64,000 nt of DNA from Gemmataceae bacterium (lineage in GTDB: Bacteria; Planctomycetota; Planctomycetia; Gemmatales; Gemmataceae). Both the position numbers and the translations under genes were made by a program. Below, piece by piece: positions 8,297 to 16,718 of the stretch. The stretch's first letter is position 1. Each line of letters opens with the position of its first letter. Location of the stretch: NCBI GenBank assembly GCA_028288765.1, contig JAQGHQ010000390.1, positions 3,665-67,664 on the forward strand, written 5' to 3'. The notes below the pieces were generated by a model, which had not been told where the DNA came from, made no database searches, and was given only the letters and a program-made list of their open reading frames with translations.

Positions 8297-10447
8297 GTGA
8301 CTCCGCGGTTCTGTCTCCCACTCCTGCTGCTTGCCGCGCCCGCTCCGGCGCTCGCCGCCGATTCGTTCCACTTCGAGAACGACATCCTTCCCATCCTCGG
8401 CCGGTACGGGTGTAACTCGTCCGGGTGCCACGGGAAGGCCGAGGGACAGGGCGGGTTCAAGCTCTCCGTCTTCGGGTCCGACCCGGACGCGGATGTCGCC
8501 GCGCTCACCAAGGAAGGCCGCGGGCGGCGGGTGTTCCCCGCCAGGCCCGAGGAAAGCCTCATCCTGCGGAAAGGCTCGGGCCGCACCGCCCACGGCGGCG
8601 GGACGAAGCTCGTCTACGGGTCCGAGGACTACCAGCTGGTCCGCGACTGGATCGCCGCCGGCACGCCGGTCGGCTCGCCCGACGCCCCGCGGGTGATCGG
8701 CCTGCGGGTCGAACCCGGCGAGCGGGTGATGGGCGTGAAGGCCGAGGTGCAGCTGCGCGTCGTCGCGCGGTACTCGGACGGCGTCGAGAAGGACGTGACC
8801 CACCACGCCCGGTTCCAGTCGAACAACGAGATGGTCGCAACCGTGACGGCGACCGGGCTGATCCGGTCGCTCGACGTCCCGGGCGAGGCCGCCGTCATGG
8901 CCGCCTATCTGGGCGAAGTGGGCCTGTTCCGGACGATCGTCCCGCGGCCCGGCCCGCCGGCCGTCGCTCAAAATCTCCCACAGTACAACTTTGTCGATCA
9001 GCTGGTCGACAACAAGCTCGCCAAGCTGAATGTGACCGCTTCCCCTGTGTGTGACGACGCCGAGTTCCTCCGGCGGGTGTACCTCGACCTGACCGGCACG
9101 CTTCCGCCCCCCGCCGCGGCCCGGAAGTTCCTCGCCGACCCGTCCAAAGACAAGCGGGTGAAGCTGGTCGAAGATCTCCTGAAGACGCCGGAGTTCGCCG
9201 ACCTGTGGGCGATGCGGTGGGCCGACCTGCTGCGGGTCGAGCGGGCCGCGCTCGGGCACGAGCGGGCCTACGGCTACTACAGTTGGGTCCGCAATTCGGT
9301 GGCGGGGAACAAGCCGTTCGACCAGTTCGCCCGGGAGCTGGTGACGGCCGAGGGACCGCTGGCCGAGATCGGGCCGGCGAACTTATACAAGGTGGTGACG
9401 AAACCGGGCGAGATGGCGGGGGCGATCTCCCAGGTGTTCCTCGGGGTGCGGATCGGCTGCGCCGAGTGCCACCACCACCCCTTCGACCGCTGGACGCAGG
9501 CCGATTATTACGGGATGGTCGGGTTCTTCGCCCCGGTTGCTGCCCGCGGGGGGAAGGACGCCGAGGCGGTGTTCGCCACCGGGGACCCGGCCACGAATCA
9601 CCCGCGGACCGGCAAGCCCGTCTTCGCCCACGCCCTCGGCGCGACCGCCCCGGACGCCAACCCAAAAGGCGACCGAAGGCTCGTACTCGCCGACTGGATG
9701 ACGAGGCCCGACAACCCGTACTTCGCCCGCAACCTCGCGAACCGCGTGTGGGGTTGGCTGCTCGGGACGGGACTGGTCGAGCCGGTGGACGACGCCCGGG
9801 CGACGAACCCGCCGAGCAACCCGGAACTGCTCGCCGCCCTGGCGAAGTACACCACCGAGAACAAGTACGACGTCCGGAAGCTCATCACGCTGATCACGGC
9901 GTCGCGGACGTACCAGACGTCGAGCCGGCCGAACGCGACCAACGAGAAAGACGAGCGAAACTTTTCCCGGGCGCAGTTCAAGCGGCCGGACGCCGAGGTG
10001 CTGCTCGACATCGTCTGCCAGGCGACCGGGGTGCCGGAGAGGTTCACCGGCTCGCCCGGGACCACGCGGGCGGTGCAGCTGTGGGACAGCAAGGTTCGCA
10101 GTGACTTCCTCAAGCTGTTCGGCCGGCCGAATCGGGTGACCGCGTGCGAGTGCGAGCGGACGCGGGAGCCGAGCGTCGCCCAGGTGCTGAACCTGCTCAA
10201 CTCGCCGGACGTGCAGGCGAAGCTGTCGCACGAGGCCGGCACGGTCGCCAGGCTGGTGAGGGAGCAGACGGACGACGGCAAGCTGGTCGAGGAACTGTAC
10301 CTGACGTTCTTCGCCCGCCTCCCGACCGCCGCCGAGAAAGACTTCGCCGTCGGCCACCTGAAGACTCACACCGCGAGCCGTCGGCAGGCCGTCGAGGATC
10401 TGGCGTGGGCGCTCTTGAACAGCACGGAGTTCCTGTTCAATCATTGA
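8297..10447 (+). CDS. DUF1549/DUF1553 (PSD1-type) planctomycete protein with N-terminal CxxxxCH motif and Ig-like domain
   Basis: GTG start at 8297 after gagga; signal peptide; FENDILPIL..GCNSSGCHG; D.EFLRRVYLDLTG; FLGVRIGCAECHHHP; FARNLANRVW; DLAWALLNSTEFLFNH. Confidence 0.9.
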   Translation: MTPRFCLPLLLLAAPAPALAADSFHFENDILPILGRYGCNSSGCHGKAEGQGGFKLSVFGSDPDADVAALTKEGRGRRVFPARPEESLILRKGSGRTAHGGGTKLVYGSEDYQLVRDWIAAGTPVGSPDAPRVIGLRVEPGERVMGVKAEVQLRVVARYSDGVEKDVTHHARFQSNNEMVATVTATGLIRSLDVPGEAAVMAAYLGEVGLFRTIVPRPGPPAVAQNLPQYNFVDQLVDNKLAKLNVTASPVCDDAEFLRRVYLDLTGTLPPPAAARKFLADPSKDKRVKLVEDLLKTPEFADLWAMRWADLLRVERAALGHERAYGYYSWVRNSVAGNKPFDQFARELVTAEGPLAEIGPANLYKVVTKPGEMAGAISQVFLGVRIGCAECHHHPFDRWTQADYYGMVGFFAPVAARGGKDAEAVFATGDPATNHPRTGKPVFAHALGATAPDANPKGDRRLVLADWMTRPDNPYFARNLANRVWGWLLGTGLVEPVDDARATNPPSNPELLAALAKYTTENKYDVRKLITLITASRTYQTSSRPNATNEKDERNFSRAQFKRPDAEVLLDIVCQATGVPERFTGSPGTTRAVQLWDSKVRSDFLKLFGRPNRVTACECERTREPSVAQVLNLLNSPDVQAKLSHEAGTVARLVREQTDDGKLVEELYLTFFARLPTAAEKDFAVGHLKTHTASRRQAVEDLAWALLNSTEFLFNH

Positions 10448-10460
10448 GAGAAGAGAAATG

Positions 10461-10577
10461 TTCACCACGAAGGCACAAAGATCACACAACGAACACCAAG
10501 AAAGGCATAATGAAACACTGGAGTTTCCCCTTTGATCTCTCTGTGTTCTTTGTGTGATCTTTGTGCCTTCGTGGTGA
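10461..10577. repeat. caccac-type long hairpin repeat, copy 2
   Basis: ttcaccacgaaggcacaaagatcacaca ... tgtgtgatctttgtgccttcgtggtga. Confidence 0.85.
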
Positions 10578-10620
10578 GCGCCTTGATTTGTGGTGAATGC
10601 CTTGATTCGGGATTCTTGAC

Positions 10621-11997
10621 ATGCTCCACCGCCGCGACGCAATGATTAAACTGGGCCAGCTCGGGGCCGGCGGGCTTGGCCTGCCGACGCTCCTCGCCGG
10701 CCGGGCCGCCGCGACGCCGGCGCGTCGCGGCACCGCCGACTCGTGCATCTACGTCTTTCTCTGGGGCGGCCCGCCCCAGCACGACACGTTCGACCTGAAG
10801 CCCGACGCCCCGGCCGAGTTCCGCGGCGAGTTCAGGCCGATCCCGACCGTCGTTCCGGGTATCCAGATCAGCGAGGGACTGCCGAGACTCGCCAGGCTGG
10901 CGGACAAGTTCGCGGTGGTCCGGTCGCTCTCTCACCCGAGTAACAACCACGAGCCGAGCGTCTACCACATGCTCACGGGGCGGCCCGGCGCCCCGAACCT
11001 CGCCGTCCCCACGAACCACCGGAAGCGGTCCGACTTCCCGAACGTCGGGTCGGTGGTGTCGTACTTCCGGCCGGCGGGCGATCTCCCGGCGGCGGTCACC
11101 GTCCCCCGGCCGGTCGGGCACAGCGGGGTGACCTACGCCGGCACACACGCCGGGTTCCTGGGCCCCCGGCACGACCCGCTGGAACGAGCCCCCGCCAAGG
11201 ACACCCGGGAGGCCGCGGTCCACGCGCTCGATCCGTTCCCGGACCTGCCGGAGGCCCGGCTCGCGGTCCGGTCCGGGCTGCTGAAGTCGCTGGAACGGCA
11301 GGACGCGGCCCTCCAGAAGGCCGGGGCCGCCGGCCCGGACCCGTTCCGCGACCAGGCGCTGCGGATGGTCGCGTCCCCGGCCGTCCGCCGGGCGTTCGAG
11401 CTGGACCGGGAGCCCCCCTGGGTCCGCGACCGGTACGGCCGGTCCGAGTACGGGGAGAGCTTCCTGCTCGCCCGCCGGCTGGTCGAGGCCGGGGTAGGGC
11501 TCGTCACCATCACCTGGATGTACGTGTTCCCGAACGGGATCGTGTCGAACGTGTGGGACAACCACGCCGGGTTCGGCATCCACGGGGCGAAGACCGGGTT
11601 CGACCTGCTCCGCAGTCCGGTCTGCCTGCCGCCTCTGGACCAGGGGCTGTCGGCCCTGCTGGAAGACCTGGACGACCGGGGCCTGTTGCCCCGCACCCTC
11701 GTGGCGGCGGCCGGGGAGTTCGGCCGGACCCCAAAGGTCAACAAGGACGGCGGTCGGGACCACTGGGGCGCGTGCCAGTCGGCCCTGTTCGCCGGGGGCG
11801 GGGTCCGGGGCGGGCAGGTGTACGGCCGGAGCGACAAGATTGCCGCCTACCCGGCCGACAAGCCGGTGTCGCCGGGCGACTTCCTGGCGACGATCTACCA
11901 CGCGATGGGCCTCGACCCGCACGCCGAGATCCGCGACCGCGAAGACCGCCCGCACCGGCTGGTCGACGGGGCACCAGTGACCGCACTGTTCGGATAA
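10621..11997 (+). CDS. DUF1501 domain-containing protein
   Basis: RRDAMIKLG Tat-like start; WGGPPQHDTFDLKP; DRYG; LLARRLVEAGV; WDNH; GEFGRTPKVN; GRDHW; GGGVRGG. Confidence 0.93.
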   Translation: MLHRRDAMIKLGQLGAGGLGLPTLLAGRAAATPARRGTADSCIYVFLWGGPPQHDTFDLKPDAPAEFRGEFRPIPTVVPGIQISEGLPRLARLADKFAVVRSLSHPSNNHEPSVYHMLTGRPGAPNLAVPTNHRKRSDFPNVGSVVSYFRPAGDLPAAVTVPRPVGHSGVTYAGTHAGFLGPRHDPLERAPAKDTREAAVHALDPFPDLPEARLAVRSGLLKSLERQDAALQKAGAAGPDPFRDQALRMVASPAVRRAFELDREPPWVRDRYGRSEYGESFLLARRLVEAGVGLVTITWMYVFPNGIVSNVWDNHAGFGIHGAKTGFDLLRSPVCLPPLDQGLSALLEDLDDRGLLPRTLVAAAGEFGRTPKVNKDGGRDHWGACQSALFAGGGVRGGQVYGRSDKIAAYPADKPVSPGDFLATIYHAMGLDPHAEIRDREDRPHRLVDGAPVTALFG

Positions 11998-12010
11998 GAC
12001 CTGGAAGAAG

Positions 12011-12130
12011 ATTTCACCACAAAGGCACGAAGATCGCACAAAGATCACGGAGAAAGCAAAGAAGAGTTTGACTTCAGACCTGCTCTAGCTTCGTGCCCTT
12101 TATGTGATCTTCGTGCCTTTGTGGTGAAAT
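12011..12130. repeat. caccac-type long hairpin repeat, copy 3
   Basis: atttcaccacaaaggcacgaagatc ... gatcttcgtgcctttgtggtgaaat. Confidence 0.85.
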
Positions 12131-12161
12131 CTTCGATTTGATTCCTGCCTGGGGATTTCCA

Positions 12162-13481
12162 ATGCCCTCTTCCTACTGCGACGGCCTGACCCGGCGGGAC
12201 GCCCTGCGCGTCGGCACCGCGGCCGTGTTCGGGTCGGCCCTCGGGCTGCCCCAGCTGCTCCGGGCGTCCGAGTCGGCGAAGCCCCCGAAGGACGTGTCGC
12301 TCATCTTCGTCTTCCTGCACGGCGGGCTGTCCACGATCGACACCCTCGACATGAAGCCGGACGCCCCGGCCGAGTTCCGCGGGGACTTCAACCCGGTCAA
12401 GTCAAAGGTGCCGGGGATGGATCTGTGTCACCTGCTCCCGAAGCTCGGGCAGCAGGCCGATAAGTTCTCCCTCGTGCGGTCGTTCCGGCACCACAACTCG
12501 GACCACGGCCCGGCCGACCACTACATCTTCACCGGGTACTTCCCCCAGGCCGGGTTCAACCCGAACCTGACCCCGAACAACCAGCGGCCGTGCGTCGGGT
12601 CGGTGGTCTCCCGCAAGCTCGGGCCGAAGGGGTCGGTCCCGGCCTACGTGGCGCTGCCGAAGATGCACCCGAGCGGCGGGCCGGCGTACCTCGGGGCGGC
12701 CCACGCCCCGTTCGTGATCGACGCCGACCCGAACGCCCCGACCTTCTCCGTCCCGGACCTGCTCCCCCCACCCGCGATCGCCGCCGACCGGCTCGACGAC
12801 CGCAAGCGGCTGCTCGAAACGGTGGACCGGTTCCACCGCGAGGCCGAGGCCCGGGCGAACCGGTCGGCCGGGGCGGTCGGGACGTTCCGGGACAAGGCGT
12901 TCGACCTGATGACCTCGCGGGCCGCGAAGCAGGCGTTCGACATCGCGGCCGAGCCGGACAAGCTCCGCGACGAGTACGGCCGCAATACGCTCGGCCAGAG
13001 CTGCCTGATGGCCCGCCGGCTGGTGGAGGCGGGCGTCCGGTGCGTGACCGTCGACCACAGCAACTACGACACCCACGACGGGAATTTCGCCACCCTGAAG
13101 AACACGCTCCTGCCGATGTTCGATGCCGGCATCACCACCCTGTTCCGCGACCTGTCCGCCCGCGGGCTTCTCGACTCGACCCTGGTGGTCGTGACCGGCG
13201 AGTTCGGGCGGACCCCGCGGATCAACAAGAACGCCGGCCGCGACCACTGGGGCCCGGCGTTCACCGTCCTGGTGGGCGGCGGCGGGCTGAAGGGCGGGGT
13301 GGTGGTGGGCAAGAGCGACGCCCGCGCCGAACGCCCGGCGACCGACCCCTACGGCCCGGAAGACCTGTTCTTCACGGTCTACTCCCAGCTCGGGATCAAC
13401 CCGAAGGACGAGGTCCACACCCCCGACGGCCGCCCGACGGCGCTGGTCAACAACGGGAAGCTGATCGCGGAGCTGGTCTAG
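12162..13481 (+). CDS. DUF1501 domain-containing protein
   Basis: ATG at 12162 (MPSSYCDGLTRRDAL); GGLSTIDTLDMKP; MARRLVEAGV; YDTH; GEFGRTPRIN; GRDHWG. Confidence 0.93.
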   Translation: MPSSYCDGLTRRDALRVGTAAVFGSALGLPQLLRASESAKPPKDVSLIFVFLHGGLSTIDTLDMKPDAPAEFRGDFNPVKSKVPGMDLCHLLPKLGQQADKFSLVRSFRHHNSDHGPADHYIFTGYFPQAGFNPNLTPNNQRPCVGSVVSRKLGPKGSVPAYVALPKMHPSGGPAYLGAAHAPFVIDADPNAPTFSVPDLLPPPAIAADRLDDRKRLLETVDRFHREAEARANRSAGAVGTFRDKAFDLMTSRAAKQAFDIAAEPDKLRDEYGRNTLGQSCLMARRLVEAGVRCVTVDHSNYDTHDGNFATLKNTLLPMFDAGITTLFRDLSARGLLDSTLVVVTGEFGRTPRINKNAGRDHWGPAFTVLVGGGGLKGGVVVGKSDARAERPATDPYGPEDLFFTVYSQLGINPKDEVHTPDGRPTALVNNGKLIAELV

Positions 13482-13484
13482 GAC

Positions 13485-13601
13485 TCACCACAAAGGCACG
13501 AAGTTTTCACAAAGGGACACAAAGAAGGCGGAAGAGAATCATGGTGAGCGTTACTCGCTTTCTTTGTGTCCCTTTGTGTCTCCTTTGTGTCTTCGTGGTA
13601 A
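13485..13601. repeat. caccac-type long hairpin repeat, copy 4, overlapping the start of the next gene
   Basis: tcaccacaaaggcacgaag..cacaaagggacacaaaga / tctttgtgtccctttgtgtc..cttcgtggta; ATG 13541 lies in the loop. Confidence 0.8.
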
Positions 13602-15799
13602 GTGCATCTGCGAACCCACCCATCGCGAGCTACGTCTACCCGGCCGGCGGGCAGCGCGGGACCACGGTGCCGGTCCGCGTCGGCGGGCTGTTCCTGCACG
13701 AGAAATGCCGGTTCGCCCTCGACGGCAAGGGGCTCGCCGCCTCGCCCGTGCTGACCCGAACGAAACCGATCTGGTTCGAAGGCCCGGTCCTTCCGCTCCC
13801 CGACTCGCAGCAGGCCGAGGACTACCCCGCCGACATGGCCGGGTCGGTGGCGATCGCCAAGGACGCCGCGCCCGACCCGCGCCGGGGGTGGGTATTCACC
13901 TCGCAGGGCGGGGCCGGCGGGCTGGTGTTCGTCGTCGGCGACCTACCCGAGGTCATTGAGAAGGAGGTCGACGGCGACTCGATCCCGGAACGGATCACGC
14001 TACCGGTCACCGCCAACGGCCGGATCTTCCCGCGCGACAACCTCGACCTCTGGGAGTTCGACGCGGACGCCGGACAAACAGTCACCGCCTCGCTGGTGGC
14101 GAAGTCGCTCAACTCGCCGCTCGCCCCAAGGCTCGAAATCCTCGACACCGCCGGCCACGTCCTCGCCGAGAACATGATCCACCCCGTGACCGGGGCCGAC
14201 GAGTCGGTCCGGCTCACCGCCCCGGCGAAGGGGAAGTACCGGGTGCGGGTCGGCGACGCCCGCGGGCAGGGCGGCCAGGCCCACATCTACCGGCTGACGG
14301 TGACCGCCGCCGCGGTGCCGGACTTCGCGTTTCCGCTCAAGGTCGCCCCCGACGGGCTGACGGACGTGGTCGCGAAGGCCGACGTGGTCCCCGCGCCCGC
14401 CGCCCTCAACGGGAAGCTCGTGAAGCCCGGCGCCGCCGACGAGTGGCGGGTGGGGCTGAAGAAGGGCGGCCGGTACACGCTCGACCTCCAGGCCCGGCGG
14501 GCCGATTCCCCGCTCTGCGGGGTGGTGACGGTCCTCGATGCCACCGGCAAGGAACTCGCCCGCGCGGAAGCCGCCGACCCGTCGGCCGACCCCACGCTCG
14601 CGTTCCAGCCGCCGGCCGACGGGGTGTACACGGTCCGCGTCGCCGAGCGGTTCCGCGGCCGGGGTGGCCCGAATTTCGCCTACCGCCTGCGGGTCACCGA
14701 CGGAACCGGTACCTCCCCGCCCGGGTTCCGACTCTCGGTCCAGTTCGACACCCGCCAGGGGCAGACGGACGCGGTGACGGTCCTCCGCGGCGGCACGGTC
14801 AAGGTGAAGGTGAACGTGGACCGCATGGGCGGGTTCGCCGGCCCGGTCGAGGTGAGCGCCGCCGACCTGCCGAAGGGCGTCGCGGCCAAGCCGGTGACGA
14901 TCGCGGCGAACCAAACGGCCGGGGAGCTGACCATCCAGGCCGACGCGACCGCAGCCGTGACCACCGTTCCCCTCGCGATCACCGGGACCGCCGCCGTCGG
15001 GCCGGTGCTACTTTCGGTCACCGGGGCCGCGGCCGTCGAGGTGAAGACCCTGCGGGTCCCGGCCGTGGTCCCCGGCACGCGGTTCCTCCCGGACACACGG
15101 GTGCTCCACCTCGCCGTCGGCGTCCCGACGCCGTTCAAGATCGTCGACGAATACGTGATGACCTCGGCCCCGCGCGGGGAGGTCTACCGCCGGAAGTACC
15201 GGGTCGAGCGGGAGACGGGGTTCGACGGGCCGATCGAGGTCCGGCTCGCCGACCGGCAGGCCCGGCATCTTCAGGGCGTCACCGGGCCGGTCCTCGTGGT
15301 CCCGGCCGCCGCGACCGACGTCGAGTACCCGGCGACGCTCCCGCCGTGGATGGAGCTCGGCCGCACCTGCCGGGTGTGCGTGATGGCGGTCGGGAAGGTG
15401 AAAGACGCGGACGGGACGGAGCACACGGTCAGCTTCAGCTCGACCGGGCAGAACCAGCAGATGATCGTGGTCGTCGGCCCCGGCCGGCTGGACCTGAGCC
15501 TGGACCGGCTGACGGTGCGGGCGGAGCCGGGCGGCGAGGTCCGGGTCTCGCTGAAAGTCGCCCGGGCCCGCGACCTAACGGGGCCGGTCAAGGTCGAGGT
15601 GCTCATCCCGGAGCACTGGAAGGGCGTGTCGGCCGACGTGGTGACGGTCCCGGCGGACACGCAGGCCGGGGAGTTGGTGGTGCGGTTCGCGGCCGGCGAG
15701 GCCGGGCCGTTCAACATGCCGCTCACCGTCCGGGCGACGCTGGCCACCCCCGCCTCGGCGGTCACCGCCGAGGCCAAACTGGAAGTCGTGGGCCGGTAG
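13541..15799 (+). CDS. Secreted PPC-domain (pre-peptidase C-terminal) planctomycete protein
   Basis: MVSVTRFLCVPLCLLCVFVVSASA then NPP..YVYPAGGQRGTTV; repeated D.W.F.A..GQ / G.Y.V.V PPC-like units. The upstream part of ORF 12590 is a shadow of the DUF1501 gene. Confidence 0.85.
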   Translation: MVSVTRFLCVPLCLLCVFVVSASANPPIASYVYPAGGQRGTTVPVRVGGLFLHEKCRFALDGKGLAASPVLTRTKPIWFEGPVLPLPDSQQAEDYPADMAGSVAIAKDAAPDPRRGWVFTSQGGAGGLVFVVGDLPEVIEKEVDGDSIPERITLPVTANGRIFPRDNLDLWEFDADAGQTVTASLVAKSLNSPLAPRLEILDTAGHVLAENMIHPVTGADESVRLTAPAKGKYRVRVGDARGQGGQAHIYRLTVTAAAVPDFAFPLKVAPDGLTDVVAKADVVPAPAALNGKLVKPGAADEWRVGLKKGGRYTLDLQARRADSPLCGVVTVLDATGKELARAEAADPSADPTLAFQPPADGVYTVRVAERFRGRGGPNFAYRLRVTDGTGTSPPGFRLSVQFDTRQGQTDAVTVLRGGTVKVKVNVDRMGGFAGPVEVSAADLPKGVAAKPVTIAANQTAGELTIQADATAAVTTVPLAITGTAAVGPVLLSVTGAAAVEVKTLRVPAVVPGTRFLPDTRVLHLAVGVPTPFKIVDEYVMTSAPRGEVYRRKYRVERETGFDGPIEVRLADRQARHLQGVTGPVLVVPAAATDVEYPATLPPWMELGRTCRVCVMAVGKVKDADGTEHTVSFSSTGQNQQMIVVVGPGRLDLSLDRLTVRAEPGGEVRVSLKVARARDLTGPVKVEVLIPEHWKGVSADVVTVPADTQAGELVVRFAAGEAGPFNMPLTVRATLATPASAVTAEAKLEVVGR

Positions 15800-16152
15800 G
15801 GCGGCACTCGGGTCCGCTACTCCTTTCCTACCCGGGCCGGTGGGGGCAACTGTATTACAGTCTTTTGCGTATTCTGAATGCTTGCCATTCCCAGGTAGAC
15901 TCCACAACCCAGCCTCGCGCCCGGGGCGGGAATACATTGTCCGCCCGACGGGCGAGGTCTACCCTCCCAAACCCGGTGCGCGGCTGCCCAGGCCTGTCTG
16001 CCCGATCTTCACTTCAGCTACAACAAAGCCAACGTACTCGACTGTCCGGTTCGAAACCCTCAAAGCGACTCGCCTTTTTACGTCGGTCGCGATTTTTTCG
16101 GCTTCGGGGTGGTTCGGGCGGTCCCGGCCGGTGTCTCTATCGGGAGCGGGGG

Positions 16153-16718
16153 ATGAGCGGCGAGGCGGACGACGGCGAACCGCTGGACGCGTACCGCGGG
16201 TACCTGCGCCTGCTGGCCCGGTGCCAGCTGGACCGGCGCCTCCGGGGCAAAGTCGACCCGTCGGACCTGGTGCAGATCACACTCCTGAAGGCCCACGAGG
16301 CCCGCGGCGAATTCCGCGGGACGACGGCGGCCGAACGGGCGGCGTGGCTGCGGCAGATCCTGGCGAACACGATGGCCAACGCCATCCGGGACTACACCCG
16401 CGGCAAGCGCGACGTCGGCCTGGAACGGTCGCTGGAGGCCGCCCTGCACGACTCGTCCGCCCGGCTGGAGCTGGGCTCGCGTCGGGCGACCCGCCCCCGG
16501 ACTGGGCCGCCGAGCGGAACGAGCTCCTCGTCCGCCTGTCCGCCGCCCTCGAGAACCTGCCGGACGTGCAGCAGGAGGTGGTCGTGTTGCGGCACTGTCA
16601 GGGGTGGCAATTGGCCGACATCGCCGCCCACGTCGGGCGGTCCCGGGCGGCCGTCGCGTCACTCCTGCGGCGGGGGCTCGACGCCCTCCGCGAACACTTC
16701 CCGCGGGAGGAGGGGTAG
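16153..16718 (+). pseudogene. Planctomycete-type ECF sigma factor with one frameshift near 16470 (pseudogene or sequencing error)
   Basis: First frame: YRGYLRLLARCQLDRRLRGKVDPSDLVQITLLKAH...WLRQILAN...KRDVGLERSL. The -1 frame continues: LASGDPPPDWAAERNELLVRLSAALENLPDVQQEVVVLRHCQGW..ADIA..VGRSRAAVASLLRRGL. Confidence 0.85.

Noticed and set aside
12590-13540. N-terminal 317 aa of the 1069-aa ORF
   Set aside because: Out-of-frame shadow of the DUF1501 gene with Arg/Gly/Pro-rich nonsense; the real gene starts at 13541.
15840-16470. N-terminal part of the 292-aa ORF 15840..16718
   Set aside because: Only the C-terminal third is sigma-like; the true N-terminus is in another frame from 16153.
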